A stretch of 64,000 bases of DNA, from the IMG/VR virus record IMGVR_UViG_3300023218_000040, positions 64,001 to 128,000 of that record; one strand, 5' to 3'. The stretch comes from a virus. Lineage: Duplodnaviria > Caudoviricetes. Made by a program: the position numbers and the translations under genes. This document shows positions 34,301 through 46,200 of the stretch, piece by piece (position 1 is the stretch's first letter; every line of letters starts with the position of its first letter). The notes beneath the pieces are model-generated. The model had not been told where the DNA came from, made no database searches, and saw only the letters and a list, made by a program, of their open reading frames with translations.

Positions 34301-35841
34301 TTACGCCACCAGCAGCCGACACTTTCATTCATGTTGTTGCCGGTAATCCAGCAGAGTTTGTTAAGACAAACACGTATGACTTTGGTATTATGGATGGCAT
34401 TGTTAGGTCATTTGATTTGTCCAACCAAACTTCTGCACGAGCAGCAGGACTAATCGTATTTCTTGATGGTGTGTGTCAGAGTGGTCCCACCCCGCAGTTC
34501 ACTAGTGGACCAGCAGTATGGAACTTAAGTGGACCAACAACCCTGTCCTTCTCTGTGCCACCACCGGCTGGCACAAACCTAGTGGTGTTCTCTATTCAGG
34601 GTGCAGCAGGCAACGATTCAAACGTATCACAGACATTATCGGGGCTGGGTCTTAACGATGTTCCTGGTGATGCCTGTTTTGATATTGCTAATCCGGATGA
34701 TCCAGGCAATATTGGAAACGTATCGACTAGCTCGATTCTGGTTTCTTACCTGGGTCGTGACATTCCGTTCTTCGTGACGGACACGTTGAAGCATCCTGAT
34801 GGTTACGTTAACCCAAACGGACTGGAGATTCGTCCTGCTGATCAGGATAACTCCGGTTTTGCCGACAATCCGTTCATCTTTAAGGATCTGGTAATTCAGG
34901 ATGGTTTTACAGACTTAGTGTTATGGAGAAAGATCGAACAGTTCGGATTCACCGTTTTCGATCCCATCAATGTTCAGACATCCCCACGTGGAACATATGG
35001 CCGTTCTGATCAGGGTGACGTTAGTGTTGGTACGGTTGCCGACGACAGTGATGCAGCCAAGCCAAAGCGTGCCAAGAATCTTGGACCTGTTTTAGATGGA
35101 GATATCCACTATGATATCGCTACGGACACATGGTTGGTTGCCAATGTCAATACGACCGAAACTTGGGATGCAGCACCAGATCAAACTTTGTTCCGATACG
35201 AGGTAGGACGTGACAATCTAAAGTTCATGTGGTTGCATTTTGCTCCAGATGCTTTCCGTATTGACCCATCGGTATCGAACATCATGGATGCATATTTATT
35301 GACCACTGCGTTTGATGATACGTTCCGAACGGCATTGAATAACAACACTCCAGCAGAAGATCTACCTTTGGCTCCAACTCCAGAAGAACTACGTTTGCAG
35401 TTTGCTGGCTTTGATGACTTTAAGGCCATGTCTGATGCCATTATCTATCATCCATCACGATATAAGGTTTTATTCGGTGAGCAAGCTATCATTGAGTTAC
35501 AGGCGACTTTCAAGGTTGTTCAGGCCGATGGATCTCTACTGAGCGACAACGATTTGCGTCTTCGTATCCTTGAGACTATCAACATTTTCTTCGAGGTAGA
35601 CAATTGGGACTTCGGTGAAACTTTCTACTTGACCGAATTGCTTTCGTTCATTCACCAGGAGTTGGCACCTAACATTCAAACAATCGTGGCTGTACCAAAG
35701 GACTCTACGGAGACCTTTGGTCGATTGTTCCAGATCCGTGCTGAGCCAGATGAGCTATTTATCTCTTCTGCCAGTGCCACGGATATCGAAATCGTGAATT
35801 CTCTAACCGATGAAGAACTGAGAATCGGGGTAGTAGCGTGA
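31303..35841 (+). CDS. gp6: gp6-like baseplate wedge protein with inserted beta-repeat array
   Basis: RENFLATAERRDSLIRLA..VSY, VRFGDGTFG, QNRMITGRDY; C-terminal NWDFGETFY. Confidence 0.85.
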   Translation: MANLQRQNTLFVSEDWIRIYEAIQNVEFRAYDFDNLTDAILNHLRDVFPEEFNDWIASSEFIMKVEVLAWLSQNISFRIDLNTRENFLATAERRDSLIRLAQNVSYKVSRVRGAAGRVRLESVRTNQILFDSNNIALQDREINWNDPRNEDWFEQFITVMNAAFSTRTQFGRPLIRVQDGNSRTEQYVFNGQAPSSGVFSFSTAVNGIELPFDIINSRVNKTTGEFEELSPSADNAFNVFYQTDGRGLSSTGTGFFFQLREGSLQFQEREFVDSEAVRIVDLEVPNTNNDDFFVQELDAQGNIEDTWQKVDTVFGESVSFLPTDRTDLIGRSGNQSEGDARKVYELDTLENDRVRVRFGDGTFGEIPLGRLRFWFRTSNPEPQVVTPSDVGRQSFTLPYVVNGVVFFLTMTVQLRETITNAASSETNFSIRTRANQVYFAQNRMITGRDYNGFFLRDNAIRKVKTVNRTFSGQSRYAKLHDPTGLYENLKVTAEDGRLYQERTRGERLVSADTDILRNSLLIQNTLQPILNGADKEQLYFNDYPETFFTQNVFWNETSIILEQSRGNLDVASIPVKVGEAGTVPFDFVLQDSVLRMNSPRGSVVRVERIIDDGDITDGIILERVIPDGVKVVSVFPPFRTRLTESEIVEIEQQLDLNLDFGLSWHQDTQTWEVITFDNLDKQEDGAMFCLDFQGDTSGTNKDASWMVQFEFVPGGDEEDQWLIVDRGLGLFFESARENDFYFANTEPVVDPETGRVENDRIVLMECNESRDSLRRRCIFNVDLSRLLECDVFCYEFAGDGTTRMFTTSETPLSPSSIVIVDGALQILGADYMISFKVSGDSIVFTNPPADGAKILVCISRNEALKSTATQVIQSSTLTDTFDLGYDTVRDRNVLLWQDGVMQRLGSDYTVGPHPITGNASVILNTPLAGSTITAYFLPEIGNNALDSFNYLGDGVRTEYNIPVGDQTTDSVLISIDGVTQAPSTYSLSPLDTSTTTITFITPPAADTFIHVVAGNPAEFVKTNTYDFGIMDGIVRSFDLSNQTSARAAGLIVFLDGVCQSGPTPQFTSGPAVWNLSGPTTLSFSVPPPAGTNLVVFSIQGAAGNDSNVSQTLSGLGLNDVPGDACFDIANPDDPGNIGNVSTSSILVSYLGRDIPFFVTDTLKHPDGYVNPNGLEIRPADQDNSGFADNPFIFKDLVIQDGFTDLVLWRKIEQFGFTVFDPINVQTSPRGTYGRSDQGDVSVGTVADDSDAAKPKRAKNLGPVLDGDIHYDIATDTWLVANVNTTETWDAAPDQTLFRYEVGRDNLKFMWLHFAPDAFRIDPSVSNIMDAYLLTTAFDDTFRTALNNNTPAEDLPLAPTPEELRLQFAGFDDFKAMSDAIIYHPSRYKVLFGEQAIIELQATFKVVQADGSLLSDNDLRLRILETINIFFEVDNWDFGETFYLTELLSFIHQELAPNIQTIVAVPKDSTETFGRLFQIRAEPDELFISSASATDIEIVNSLTDEELRIGVVA

Positions 35842-36050
35842 TAGAATCTCCTTGTATTCGGGTGTGTCAAATACACCCGGAGCGTAAGCAATGCATGGGC
35901 TGTTATCGAACTCTAGAAGAAATCGCAGAGTGGGAAACCTTAACTGAAGAACAGCAGTCCAAGATCATCGAGGCTACGGAAGAGCGTCGGGTGGCTAGGA
36001 AGAAAGAGCTTCATCAGTTTGTGAAGGCCAGGAGGAACCGAAAGTCTTGA
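35838..36050 (+). CDS. DUF1289-family small Cys-rich protein
   Basis: SPCIRVCQI....QCMGCYRTLEEIAEW. Confidence 0.8.
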   Translation: MIESPCIRVCQIHPERKQCMGCYRTLEEIAEWETLTEEQQSKIIEATEERRVARKKELHQFVKARRNRKS

Positions 36051-36075
36051 CTTATGTTAACAATTGTGGTATCAT
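36047..36075 (+). promoter_or_regulatory. Sigma70-type promoter TTGACT-N17-TATCAT, probably leaderless
   Basis: ATG 36082 begins 7 nt after the -10. Confidence 0.7.
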
Positions 36076-36081
36076 CTTCGG

Positions 36082-36882
36082 ATGACTATTACTCCTAAAA
36101 TTGGATTTGAGGCCGAATATATTCATGTCGGTCTCAACACGGATGACTTAACAGCACCGCAAACCTTGCTTGAGTGTTCTATCCCCAATTGCTGGGTTGA
36201 ATCCTTAACGATGTTCGACCATCCGGACTTCGAGAAAGACGCATGGTATCTATGCCATGACTCCAGTATCAACGAGGAGTTCGGTGCAGGAGTTGAAATT
36301 GTATCGCCGCCCATGCACCCAGACGAGTTGAGGCTTCGAATTCCTCAAATCTGTAAACACATACGAGACTATGGCATTACCGATGAATCCTGTGGTTTCC
36401 ATTTCACTGTATCGTGCTTGGGTCTTGATAAGATTGATCCTTTGAAGCTCTTGTTCCTGATGGATGAAGAGGCTCTGGTGGATGTGTGGGGTCGTGGCAA
36501 TAATTCTTATGCTGTGCCTCATCTTGAGGTACTGGAGTCGGTTCTTCGGACCAATCTGTTGTACACGGACTTCAATCGTTTTCTGGAGCACGGTGAGAAG
36601 GAACTAATCTTTAACAAGCGCTCCACGGTGAACCTGGAGAAGTGGATAAAAAAGGGTTTGCTTGAGTTTCGGGTTGCTGGTGGTCCGCATTACGAACATC
36701 GTGAACTTGAGCTTATGAAGACGGTGTACGTGTGCCTGGATTCCATCCGCATGTGCATCGATGGGGCAGGCGAAGAATTGTTTCTTGAGCGTGTCAGAGC
36801 CTTTTACGATAAACATACAGCAGTAAGGCATCCAGCGGCACGCTTTCGTGAACCACGCAATCATACGTCGAAACAGCGATAA
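36082..36882 (+). CDS. Putative amidoligase (COOH-NH2 ligase type 2)
   Basis: IGFEAEY, WYLCHDSSI, GVEIVSPP, TDESCGFHFTV, GLLEFR; ATG 36082 (track start 36064). Confidence 0.8.
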   Translation: MTITPKIGFEAEYIHVGLNTDDLTAPQTLLECSIPNCWVESLTMFDHPDFEKDAWYLCHDSSINEEFGAGVEIVSPPMHPDELRLRIPQICKHIRDYGITDESCGFHFTVSCLGLDKIDPLKLLFLMDEEALVDVWGRGNNSYAVPHLEVLESVLRTNLLYTDFNRFLEHGEKELIFNKRSTVNLEKWIKKGLLEFRVAGGPHYEHRELELMKTVYVCLDSIRMCIDGAGEELFLERVRAFYDKHTAVRHPAARFREPRNHTSKQR

Positions 36883-37135
36883 CCACACAATCGCCCTAGT
36901 TCGTTTGCACAAGCCTCTCATCGGCAAGTTCGGTGTTGGTTTCTCTATGCGTGGTCAATTCGTACTCCTGGGGATTATTCACAATCGCCCTAGAATAGCA
37001 ACCATCCCCAAACCGTTCTTCCGTAGATTGTTCGGTCATATTCCTGATGCTTCTGGGTATCACATCGAGACCATAGAGGAGATGGAATTCGATATGTCTC
37101 AGGCAATGTTGGGTCTGCCTATCATTCGCATGTAA
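36848..37135 (+). CDS. Hypothetical protein
   Basis: Fills the gap before the giant gene; start uncertain. Confidence 0.45.
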   Translation: MNHAIIRRNSDNHTIALVRLHKPLIGKFGVGFSMRGQFVLLGIIHNRPRIATIPKPFFRRLFGHIPDASGYHIETIEEMEFDMSQAMLGLPIIRM

Positions 37136-37197
37136 GCGTGGATTTTTTCCTGGTGAAGACCTACATTGCTCTTGTCGTTTTGTTAGCTCTCGTAAGG

Positions 37198-37204
37198 GTA
37201 AATA
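37198..37204 (+). promoter_or_regulatory. Late promoter motif GTAAATA for the giant baseplate gene
   Basis: 27 nt upstream of ATG 37232. Confidence 0.65.
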
Positions 37205-37231
37205 ACACGACGCATCGGGGTCCGGACATAT

Positions 37232-40200
37232 ATGGCCAAACAACGCAGAGTTTTTAACAATTATCCAGAAAGCCTTCGCACTAGGCAGAACAATCGTGAG
37301 ACGTTCATTGCGGACGATCCCCTGTTCGAGCCAGAGCAAGCTAATTTCCTGAATGGATTTATCGGTGATGTCAGCGTCCTGACGGACGAGGATTTGGCAC
37401 GCAAGCCCGTTGTTCTAGAAATGACTCCCGAGCGTCAGAAGTATCAGCTTTCTGTGGGCGCTAACTTCATCGATCCTGATAGTCAAGAGCGAGTCTCTGC
37501 GGCTTTCTACACGGACATGATAAACCAAATTGAGGCCAATGGTGGATTCGTTGATGATCCGAATCGAGTTTTTGCCACCAATTTTTATGCTTGGACCCCA
37601 CCGATTGACTACGACAAGCATATTAATTTCAGTCGATATCGTTGGGTTGGTGTTGGTTCCGCAGATGTGCAAGGTGAGTTCATAACCATTGAACCGTCTC
37701 ATTCGAAGACAGTTATCTACGAATGGGATGGCTCCAATATGCAGCAGAGGAACGTTAGCATTGTTAACGGACTTCCACCAATTGAACCCGACGGAACATT
37801 CGTTGAAGATGCTAGCGTGGCTGAGAGGTTTATCTATCGTTCTAACGGCGTTATTTGGGTTCTATTGAATCTGGACATGGTACCCGTTATTCCGACTCAG
37901 ACTGCAACACTAGATATCCCCTCATACTTCTATGTGACTCGAACTGGTCCTGAATTTAACCGACCATTGGTATGGAAGTACAGCGGTGATGCCGGTCGTT
38001 GGATTCCGCAGCCAGTCATTGTTTCTAGTGAAGAACCAGAAACCATTCGTGATGGTATGGTTTGGGAAGATGTTCGAGTAGGATCTGAGAGAGTTCTGAA
38101 GGTTGCGGCTAATGGAGCATTCTCCGATTTGATATACACGGCTTCTGATGGCCCCCCAGGAGCCCCTGGTACAGATGGTGAGTACATTTATGACACCCGA
38201 AATTTCTCCGATCTAGACCCAAACAGTTGGGAAGCAAACAACTGGTGGAGGCACCACGAGGACTTGTCTCCAGAAGATGCCGCACGAGCAGGAGAAGATC
38301 AAGCCACACGACCAATCATCGAGTTCTGGAACGGACTAGAACAGGTTGTTGGTGATGTTCGTGATGGGAGGAATGACTCTCCTGTTTTCAAGAAGTTCGC
38401 TTATGATGTGGGAATCGATACTATCATTGATACTGGAGAGGGGACAACCATCTTCGAGTACCAACGTGGTTCTGGACGAGATGATTTCGTTCTTGGTTTT
38501 CCGTTGGTGTTCAATGACACCGGAGAGTTCATATTCGAGCTTACTCTGGAAACCGATACGTCTTCATTTATTGGATACAAGTATTTCTTGGATACCAATA
38601 CCAATGTAACACACGGCATTTGGTTCAAGTCGGATGTGTTGACCAACCAAGAACAGGATGTCAATGGCATCTACGAAATACCTGTTGGTATTTCATCGAA
38701 TCCAGATCATGACATTTTGACTGCTCCATCGAGAAGCAGAATGCTTGGTCACATGACCAGCATTATGAAGGCTCAGTCAACTTTCAGTGGAAGCGAGTTC
38801 GGACTGAATTCATATCGTTGGACCAATAGAAATCCTACGATTGGTTCTACTATCATTGATGCTGAGCAGACTCACTTGAGAACTCTTGCTACTCTCCAGC
38901 GAACTTCTCTGGATGTCCCCAATTCCATTCGAACTATGGCAAAGGAATACAACAAGGTTCTGTTTCGCTTCACTAATCGACTGAATCAGTATTGGAATGA
39001 ACTGCGTTTTAACACAGGTTCCGGAACACTAACAGTTACTGCCGCAGAAGCAGTTGACGGGATTCTTACATCCATGTTCATTGGTAGAAACGAGGACTTC
39101 CCATTCTATCTGTCTGATATGGGAACATACCTGGAGACAACGATTGAGGCTGGTGTTCCTACTGTTATCAACCCAGACCCAAGACCAATCTTCATCGCAC
39201 CGTCTGCGGCACGTGTAGGAGCATCCCCGTGTTTCGTACCAGATACCTTCGAGGATCGAGATGGCGTAACCAGACTTCGTGGTCACGAGGGAATGATTGT
39301 TCCATCATTTGGCGACGAAAGAGATTTGGTATGGCTGGAGCTACAAAATCGATTCTTTGCTTCTGTTCCTACCCGGAAGTGTTCCGAGACTAGTTCTTTC
39401 TCTTCTAGGTTCTCACGATCCAACTTCTTCCTACAGGACTTCTATGGAAACTTTGTTCCAAACACTAGTACCGATCCGGTTGATGACGTAGTGACTGATT
39501 ACAATGCTATTGTGGGACCGGCTGATGGTCTACGAGTATTCTCAGCCATTCAGGCTGTGATCGCAGTATTCAGCGGTGGTCAGTGGCTTCTCAGAGAGGC
39601 ACTGACAGATGAAGTGTTTCTTAATCTGAATGATAACGAATACTACATCTTCAACGGTCAAAGTGTCAATTTGATTGACCGTTGGAATAATCCGTTTGAT
39701 TTTGACTACACAACGAACGAGTTCAGAGAGATCGTTCGACGGGACTTCGAACGATTCATTCTATTCCGTGAGCAAGATTTCTCTGAGAACATTACATTTG
39801 ACGAGCCAGATCGATTCACATGGAACTATCGTTCGGCTGGAGTAGAAGGTCACTATCTCGGCATTTATCGACGCATCTACAATACGGTGCGTCCACACTC
39901 GCACCCATGGGAGGTCATGGGATACTTCATCGAGCCAGATTGGTGGAGGACACAGTATGTACCAGACTCGACGGCGGCTGATGGAACTCCTCGGTACGGT
40001 AGTGCTCATTCTATGTGGGCAGATTTTGCTGCTGGTGTGGTCGATCATCCAAGTGGTCCTATTCAGCGTGATAAGTTTGTTATTACTGCTCCTGTACCCG
40101 TGGATGCAAGTGGCAATCTTCTTGATCCTATAGCTGCTGGCGTAGTAGATGAGTCCAAGGTAGACAAAGAACGCATTGATGATATCTGGGTGTATGGTGA

Positions 40201-43200
40201 TGGTGCTCCAGAAGAACAGAAGTTTTTAGATTCTCCATTTAACTCATTTTCAGTGTCGCTAGCTGGATACCTGATGAAGAACGGTATTTGGATGGATACG
40301 CTTTGGTCCGAAATCTACATTGGTATAGGAGAAGGACAGGTGTTTCGTGCTCCACATGTTATCAACCAAACAACGCTTACCAGACCAGCCATTTCTATCC
40401 TTCCGGTCCACTTGGAGACAGACAGTGATGGAAATCGAGTTCAGAGCATTGGTGTGAATGCCTGGATTTCAGAATTTGTGAACATCAACGGTGGAAGTCC
40501 TAACACTGACTTCAGTAGGGTGGTTCGTAATACTTCCCCGGCATTGAGTTGGAAGACCTCTGGTTTCATCAATAAAAATCGAACTGTGATCTCTACTCTT
40601 TCACGTAACGAGATCCCATTCACTGACGTGCATGTATTGCTTCACAAGTCACAACCAATCAAGAGTACATTCTGTTCTGGTGTGCTGATTACCAGGGAAT
40701 CACCAAACGGATTCCGTGTGTTTGGATTTGATCAGTTCGATCCATTCTTCACGGTAGAAAGACCAGCGGTACCCATTGTGGGTGGGCAGGTAATTCTGAC
40801 CGAGGAATTCACAGTAGACTTCATCGATAACAGTGACCCAACAATTACTGGAGGATCTGTATACCCTAATCAGACTCTTCAGAGAACTTTTGAAGTTACG
40901 GAATTCAGTCTTCCAAGAAGTGGCACCGCATTAGATACCGCTCGACTATCGGTGATCATAAACGGACTGCGCATCAAGCCTCAGTTCCTTGAAGTAGATC
41001 CGGATGCGAACACGGTTACTGTTGATGAGATAATAGAATTGCAAGAAGGCGATGAAGTATCCGTGCAGGTAGTCACTACGCAGTCTAATCCAAGCACACA
41101 AACCCGTCAATTCATCGTGAATGACGTTGCTTTTCCATACTTTGTTACCGGAACTGGAGAGTTTGAGCGTATTGAATATGGACGTTTCTTCGAGACGGCA
41201 ACCGAAGTCATTAACTTCATGATTGGATATGGCCGTTTCTTAGTGAGCGAGGGGTGGGTATTTGACGACATCTCAGAAGCGGGTTCCACTCGTGACTGGC
41301 TGTTGGGCGCACAGCGATTTGCTCGTTGGGTACTAGAAGTACAGACTCCGTGGAATCCGAACCCACAGCTTGATGTGCTTGACGAAGATCTTTTCTTCTA
41401 CAGCCCAATTCAGAACAACGCCAAGTTCGTTTCCGAGTTTGGACAAGGGCAAAACATTGAAAGCATAATGAACGGAGCGTTTGGTATCGTTAACAGACGT
41501 TCGGAGCCAATTGAGACCGATCAGACCTTCGTATCCAGAATTGATGATGAAGTCACCGTAGCCCGAGTGGACACATCGAATACCGATTCAGAAATTTATG
41601 GACTGCGTGTCAACTTGAACGAGGTTGAGCATGTCGTGCTATTTTCCAACATCACCCGTTTCAACGATATAGTTTATGATCCAGTGAGTGGGCTTGCACA
41701 GAGTACATTGATTGTTGATAGCTATCGCACGTTGAATTGGGAAGGTCGTGCCGAGGCTAATGGTTACATCATTGATGGTGGTACTTTGTTGCCTAATTTC
41801 GAGAAGCAAGCATTTGATATCACTCGTCTGTATGATCGATTCAGAACGGTTGATAATGTGACGAAGAGAGAGCAAGCTAGAAACTTGTATGGTTTCGTTC
41901 CGGCTAATCAGTCCCGTTTCAACGATCCAACTAAAAGCTTGAGAGAACGTGTAACTTCTGATAGTTCACAGTATATGATTCCTATTGGTGCTGCTGATCG
42001 ATCTCGTTTCGATTTCTCTCGTGGTATGATTCAGGCTAATGGCACAGTTCGTCCTATCTTTGCGTTCGCACGTGGGTCCACTATTGGTCGTGACAACTTT
42101 TTCATCTCAGAGGATTGGGCATGGAAGCTACAGGAGTACGGTGACACCAGACGACAGACAGTTCAAATTAAGGTAGACAAGTCCGACTTCCGTGACGAAG
42201 TGCAAACCATTCAGTTTGGTGGACCTGTGGTTGTGACAAACAACACAATCGAGGTTCCCGACTTCAATCGTAATGATTTGGAAGCTGATGGTGACCGTTG
42301 GATTCTACCACCAGAAGCGTGTGAATTTGGAAGCCCTTGTAATCTAAAGTTCCCAATAGACAGAAATACAGGTTTAATTGATGTTAATCACTATGCGTAC
42401 TACGCAACGCTGTATGATACGGAAAGTGACATCTCCATCATTGACCACTTCCATTATGATCCTGAGATTGATCGATTTGAACCTTCGGCACGCTCGTTGA
42501 TTGATTACGAGACGCCTCTTGATCCAGCACGATACAATACCATCCCTGCTCGTCCAGAGACTACGTTTATTGACATGACAATGGTCAATGGCTCTACACT
42601 AACTATCAACCAGGATGGTGATTACTTCGATATTAGTTCCACAACTGCGAGATATCGATTCTGGTTCAGTGTGTCAAACGTAGAAACCACAAATGTGATC
42701 ACCCCGGCTGGTTCTACGTTTGCCGTTGATACTACTCCTGGTGGTGGAACGGTTGCTGGACAGGTATGGACACTGAATGAAGCACCAACCGATGATCCAC
42801 ACCATGTGTGGTACAGTGTCGAAGATAGCGAAGTATCATCTGTTACTTTCACGGGCGTGAGCGGTAGTGACTTCACAGTACCTCATTTGATCGAGACCCA
42901 GACTGAAGCTGACTACAATGGCGTGGGTCAGAATGGAATATTCGAAGGCGGAAGCGGATACGCAGTAGCAGACACCATCACTCTATCCGATGGTTCTGTT
43001 TTAACTGTGGACTCCGAGACTGCTGGTGTGATTGATGGGTTCACTGTAACCACCACTGGAAGCATTTCTATTCCATTGTCTGGTTCTCAGTTGACTCAGA
43101 CTTCTACCTCCGGTTCAGGCACAGGATTCACTCTTACGCCACGTGGAAACAACATCCTAATCGTTGGTGATTTCTTCACAGTGGGCGTACCTGGTGGTTT

Positions 43201-46200
43201 CTACCACGTATGGTTCGACATCTTGGATTCAAACATCGATCCGCTTCCTTCGGGCTCGCTTGCGAGCGCACGTGTGGCTCTGAATGGGAGTGAAGACGAT
43301 CTTGAGATTGCTACGATTGTGGCGGATGTCATTAATAACTTCCAGGATGGAAATGTGTTTTCAACAAACATACCACAGCCTGGATTTGAAGTAGTAGAGA
43401 TTACTAACTTGGAGGTTGGAGCATCTAGTGACATTGCTACTGATGTGGCAGCAACTACACCAGCGGGTGTAACGTTTGCCACGATCACGCAAGGAAACGG
43501 ACCTAACGCTGATCCGGCCACTACTGCCAATGGTCACAAGGTGGCTATTAATGCTACTGACAGCGGGATCGATATTGCTACCAAGACGGCTGCGGTGCTA
43601 GCGGCTGTTGATGCATTTGCTGAAACCCTTTCGGTTAACTCAACAGTTACAGTAGTGAACTCCGAGTCTGGAAACGTAACTGATGCTGTAGACATTGATG
43701 CTGGTGTTATGATCAGTATTACTCAAAATGGTTCTGGTTCCCTAAACACAGCACCACCATCGGGTGGAAACACTCTGGTAGAAGTAGCTGTGATTTCGTC
43801 GGATACCAATGTTAATGTTGCAACCAAGTTGGTTACAGCACTCCAGAGTGCAGACACGGACTTTGCTGACTCGTCGAACACCGAGGGAGTGTCTCCGATT
43901 GTTCGTGTGACGTTGGTAACTGCCGGTAGAGTCATGAATGCGAACGTTGGATTGTTCCTTACGCCTCCGATCATCACAGTACGATCTGGGAATGATGCCA
44001 CCCCAAGCGCTAATCCTTGGGGAGCGGAACAGATCGGATGTTTGTGGTGGAGACCAGCGAGGAAGTTGTTCATCGATTATCGGAGGATTTCTCCAGACTA
44101 TGAAAGCATGTCTGCTGTATGGGGTAAGCCACTGTTCTACAAGTCTACCATTACTAGGACCAATGATGTTGCAGAAGTTGAGCTATTCCAGTTTGATGAC
44201 CATGATAGAAACGGAATACCAGCAGATTTGAATGCAGAGCTTGGGCTTAAAGATGGTGATGAATTCGTGATTAGTATTCGTGGTGCAGATCAGCCCGAAT
44301 ACAACCTAACGAACGTTACTGCCACAGTGGCCAGCGCTACAACAGGTCTATTACAGTTTGAAATCGCAACTAATCCAGTCAGTCCTGGTACTGGAGACAT
44401 TGAAGTTGTGTTTGGACACATGGACATTTACGAGTGGGTGGAGTCCATGGTTCCTCCACAAGAGTGGGTTGATTTTGTTAGCGATTTGGATGATCCCACG
44501 CACCCTAATGGTACACCATTGAATGTAGATGAACCATCGTTCGTGGAGATCGAAGAAGAACTGGCTGATGGTCGAACCAGGAATTTGTATTACTTTTGGG
44601 TGCTGAATAGCACTGGTGATAACACCAAAAATGCACTACCAGTAGAAGGTGATCCTGGTAAGGAGTTCACATCGTTTGAGATTTCTCAGCGCTTAACTAA
44701 CCCAACGGCTCGTGGTCTTGCATGGTTCGCTCCAATTAATGAAAGTCACATGTACATTCATACCGATGGAGAAAAGGTGTTGGATGACTATGGTATTCAG
44801 ATTAACATTGACTCTCGTTGCATGCAGACTCACCATGAATTTGTTTTAGTATCGGAAAACAACCAGTTCTTCCCAATTCCAGAACAGATCGTAGAGAAGA
44901 TGATTGATTCTTTGAGTGGGCAGGATGCCAAAGGTAATACTGTGCCTTCCCCGTTGCTCGAAGTTACCGAGCGCTTTGGTTCCTGCTTCTTCCCTATACA
45001 AACGGTTTTCCCGGGCAGGGAAGCCGCTGTGGATGTGTATGTTACTGCCATCAACCGAATTCTGAGCAGGAGAGATTTGACTGGAACAGATGGATTGCTG
45101 AGTATCTTCCAATTGGATGAAGAATACGATGAGACTACCAACCCAACAGGTTTCTGGCAACGTGCTCCGTTTGAAGATCCATCAATTGATGATTTGACAC
45201 CGCTTGAAACGGTAGCGACGATTGCTGAGCGTGATCGTAGGCTGAGTTTTGGGTTCTACGTAGAGGGTGATTTGGTGCGAGTTGTGGACTCTGGATTTAT
45301 TGATGCCTGGGATGGCTCCAGCGTGGCTGCTACTTTCCAGCTTCGTGATACTGAATTCTTCCAGGTCTCCATCGATAACAAGACTGCCGCATTGAATGAC
45401 AACGTGGACAACAACGTTACTCGCTTCCGTAGTCTGTTTGGTCAGATCTATGATTTGTTGCTGGAGCGCATAGAGCAAAACGAGTTGATCTTCTCACTAT
45501 TGAATGAGATGCTTATTCAGAACCCAGATCCAACATGCGATTGGTTCTTCAAGACTTCGTATGTGACGACTCAAACCTTCACATCGATTGACACATCACC
45601 ATTCGTCCGACCAGATGAAGTGGCGGCTATTCGTGATGCGCTACTGTCTACTAAGCCATTCCGAACTAAGATACGTGGTGATATCAACACCATTGGTGGA
45701 ATCAACGACGACACTCCGGTTGAAATCCTGGAGTTCCCAGACCAGAAGATTACGTTGGTCGCTGACCGCTTGTCCTGCAATCTGCTGGACGACTGTGGAT
45801 GGGATACATTTGCCTGGGATACCAGAGACCTGCCTTGCGACCGTTGGGATCTTGCTACCTGGGACTTGCAGAACCTTGGTCGAGAAGAGTTCTACTTGGT
45901 CGAGCAAATCGTTGGTAGTAATGTTCAGACCGTATTCGAAATTGATGCTCTGTTTGATCCTACATTGTACGAGGTCAAGGTTGAGGTACGACAAAATGGT
46001 GTTTTGCAGCCAAATCTGGCGAACCAAATTACTATAGACAAAAGGCACGATAAGATCATCATCGACACGCAGTTTGCGTTGGGTCCAACCTTTACTGTGG
46101 ACGTACTACAGGCTCAGGGCTTCTACGGGGACAACGATCCAACCTTCATTGGCACGACCATAGAGGATACCCTGTTTCAGCCCGCTCCAAGCGATTACAA

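Noticed and set aside
36896-37339. 147-aa - strand ORF
   Set aside because: Overlaps the start of the giant gene and its late promoter in antisense; no motifs.
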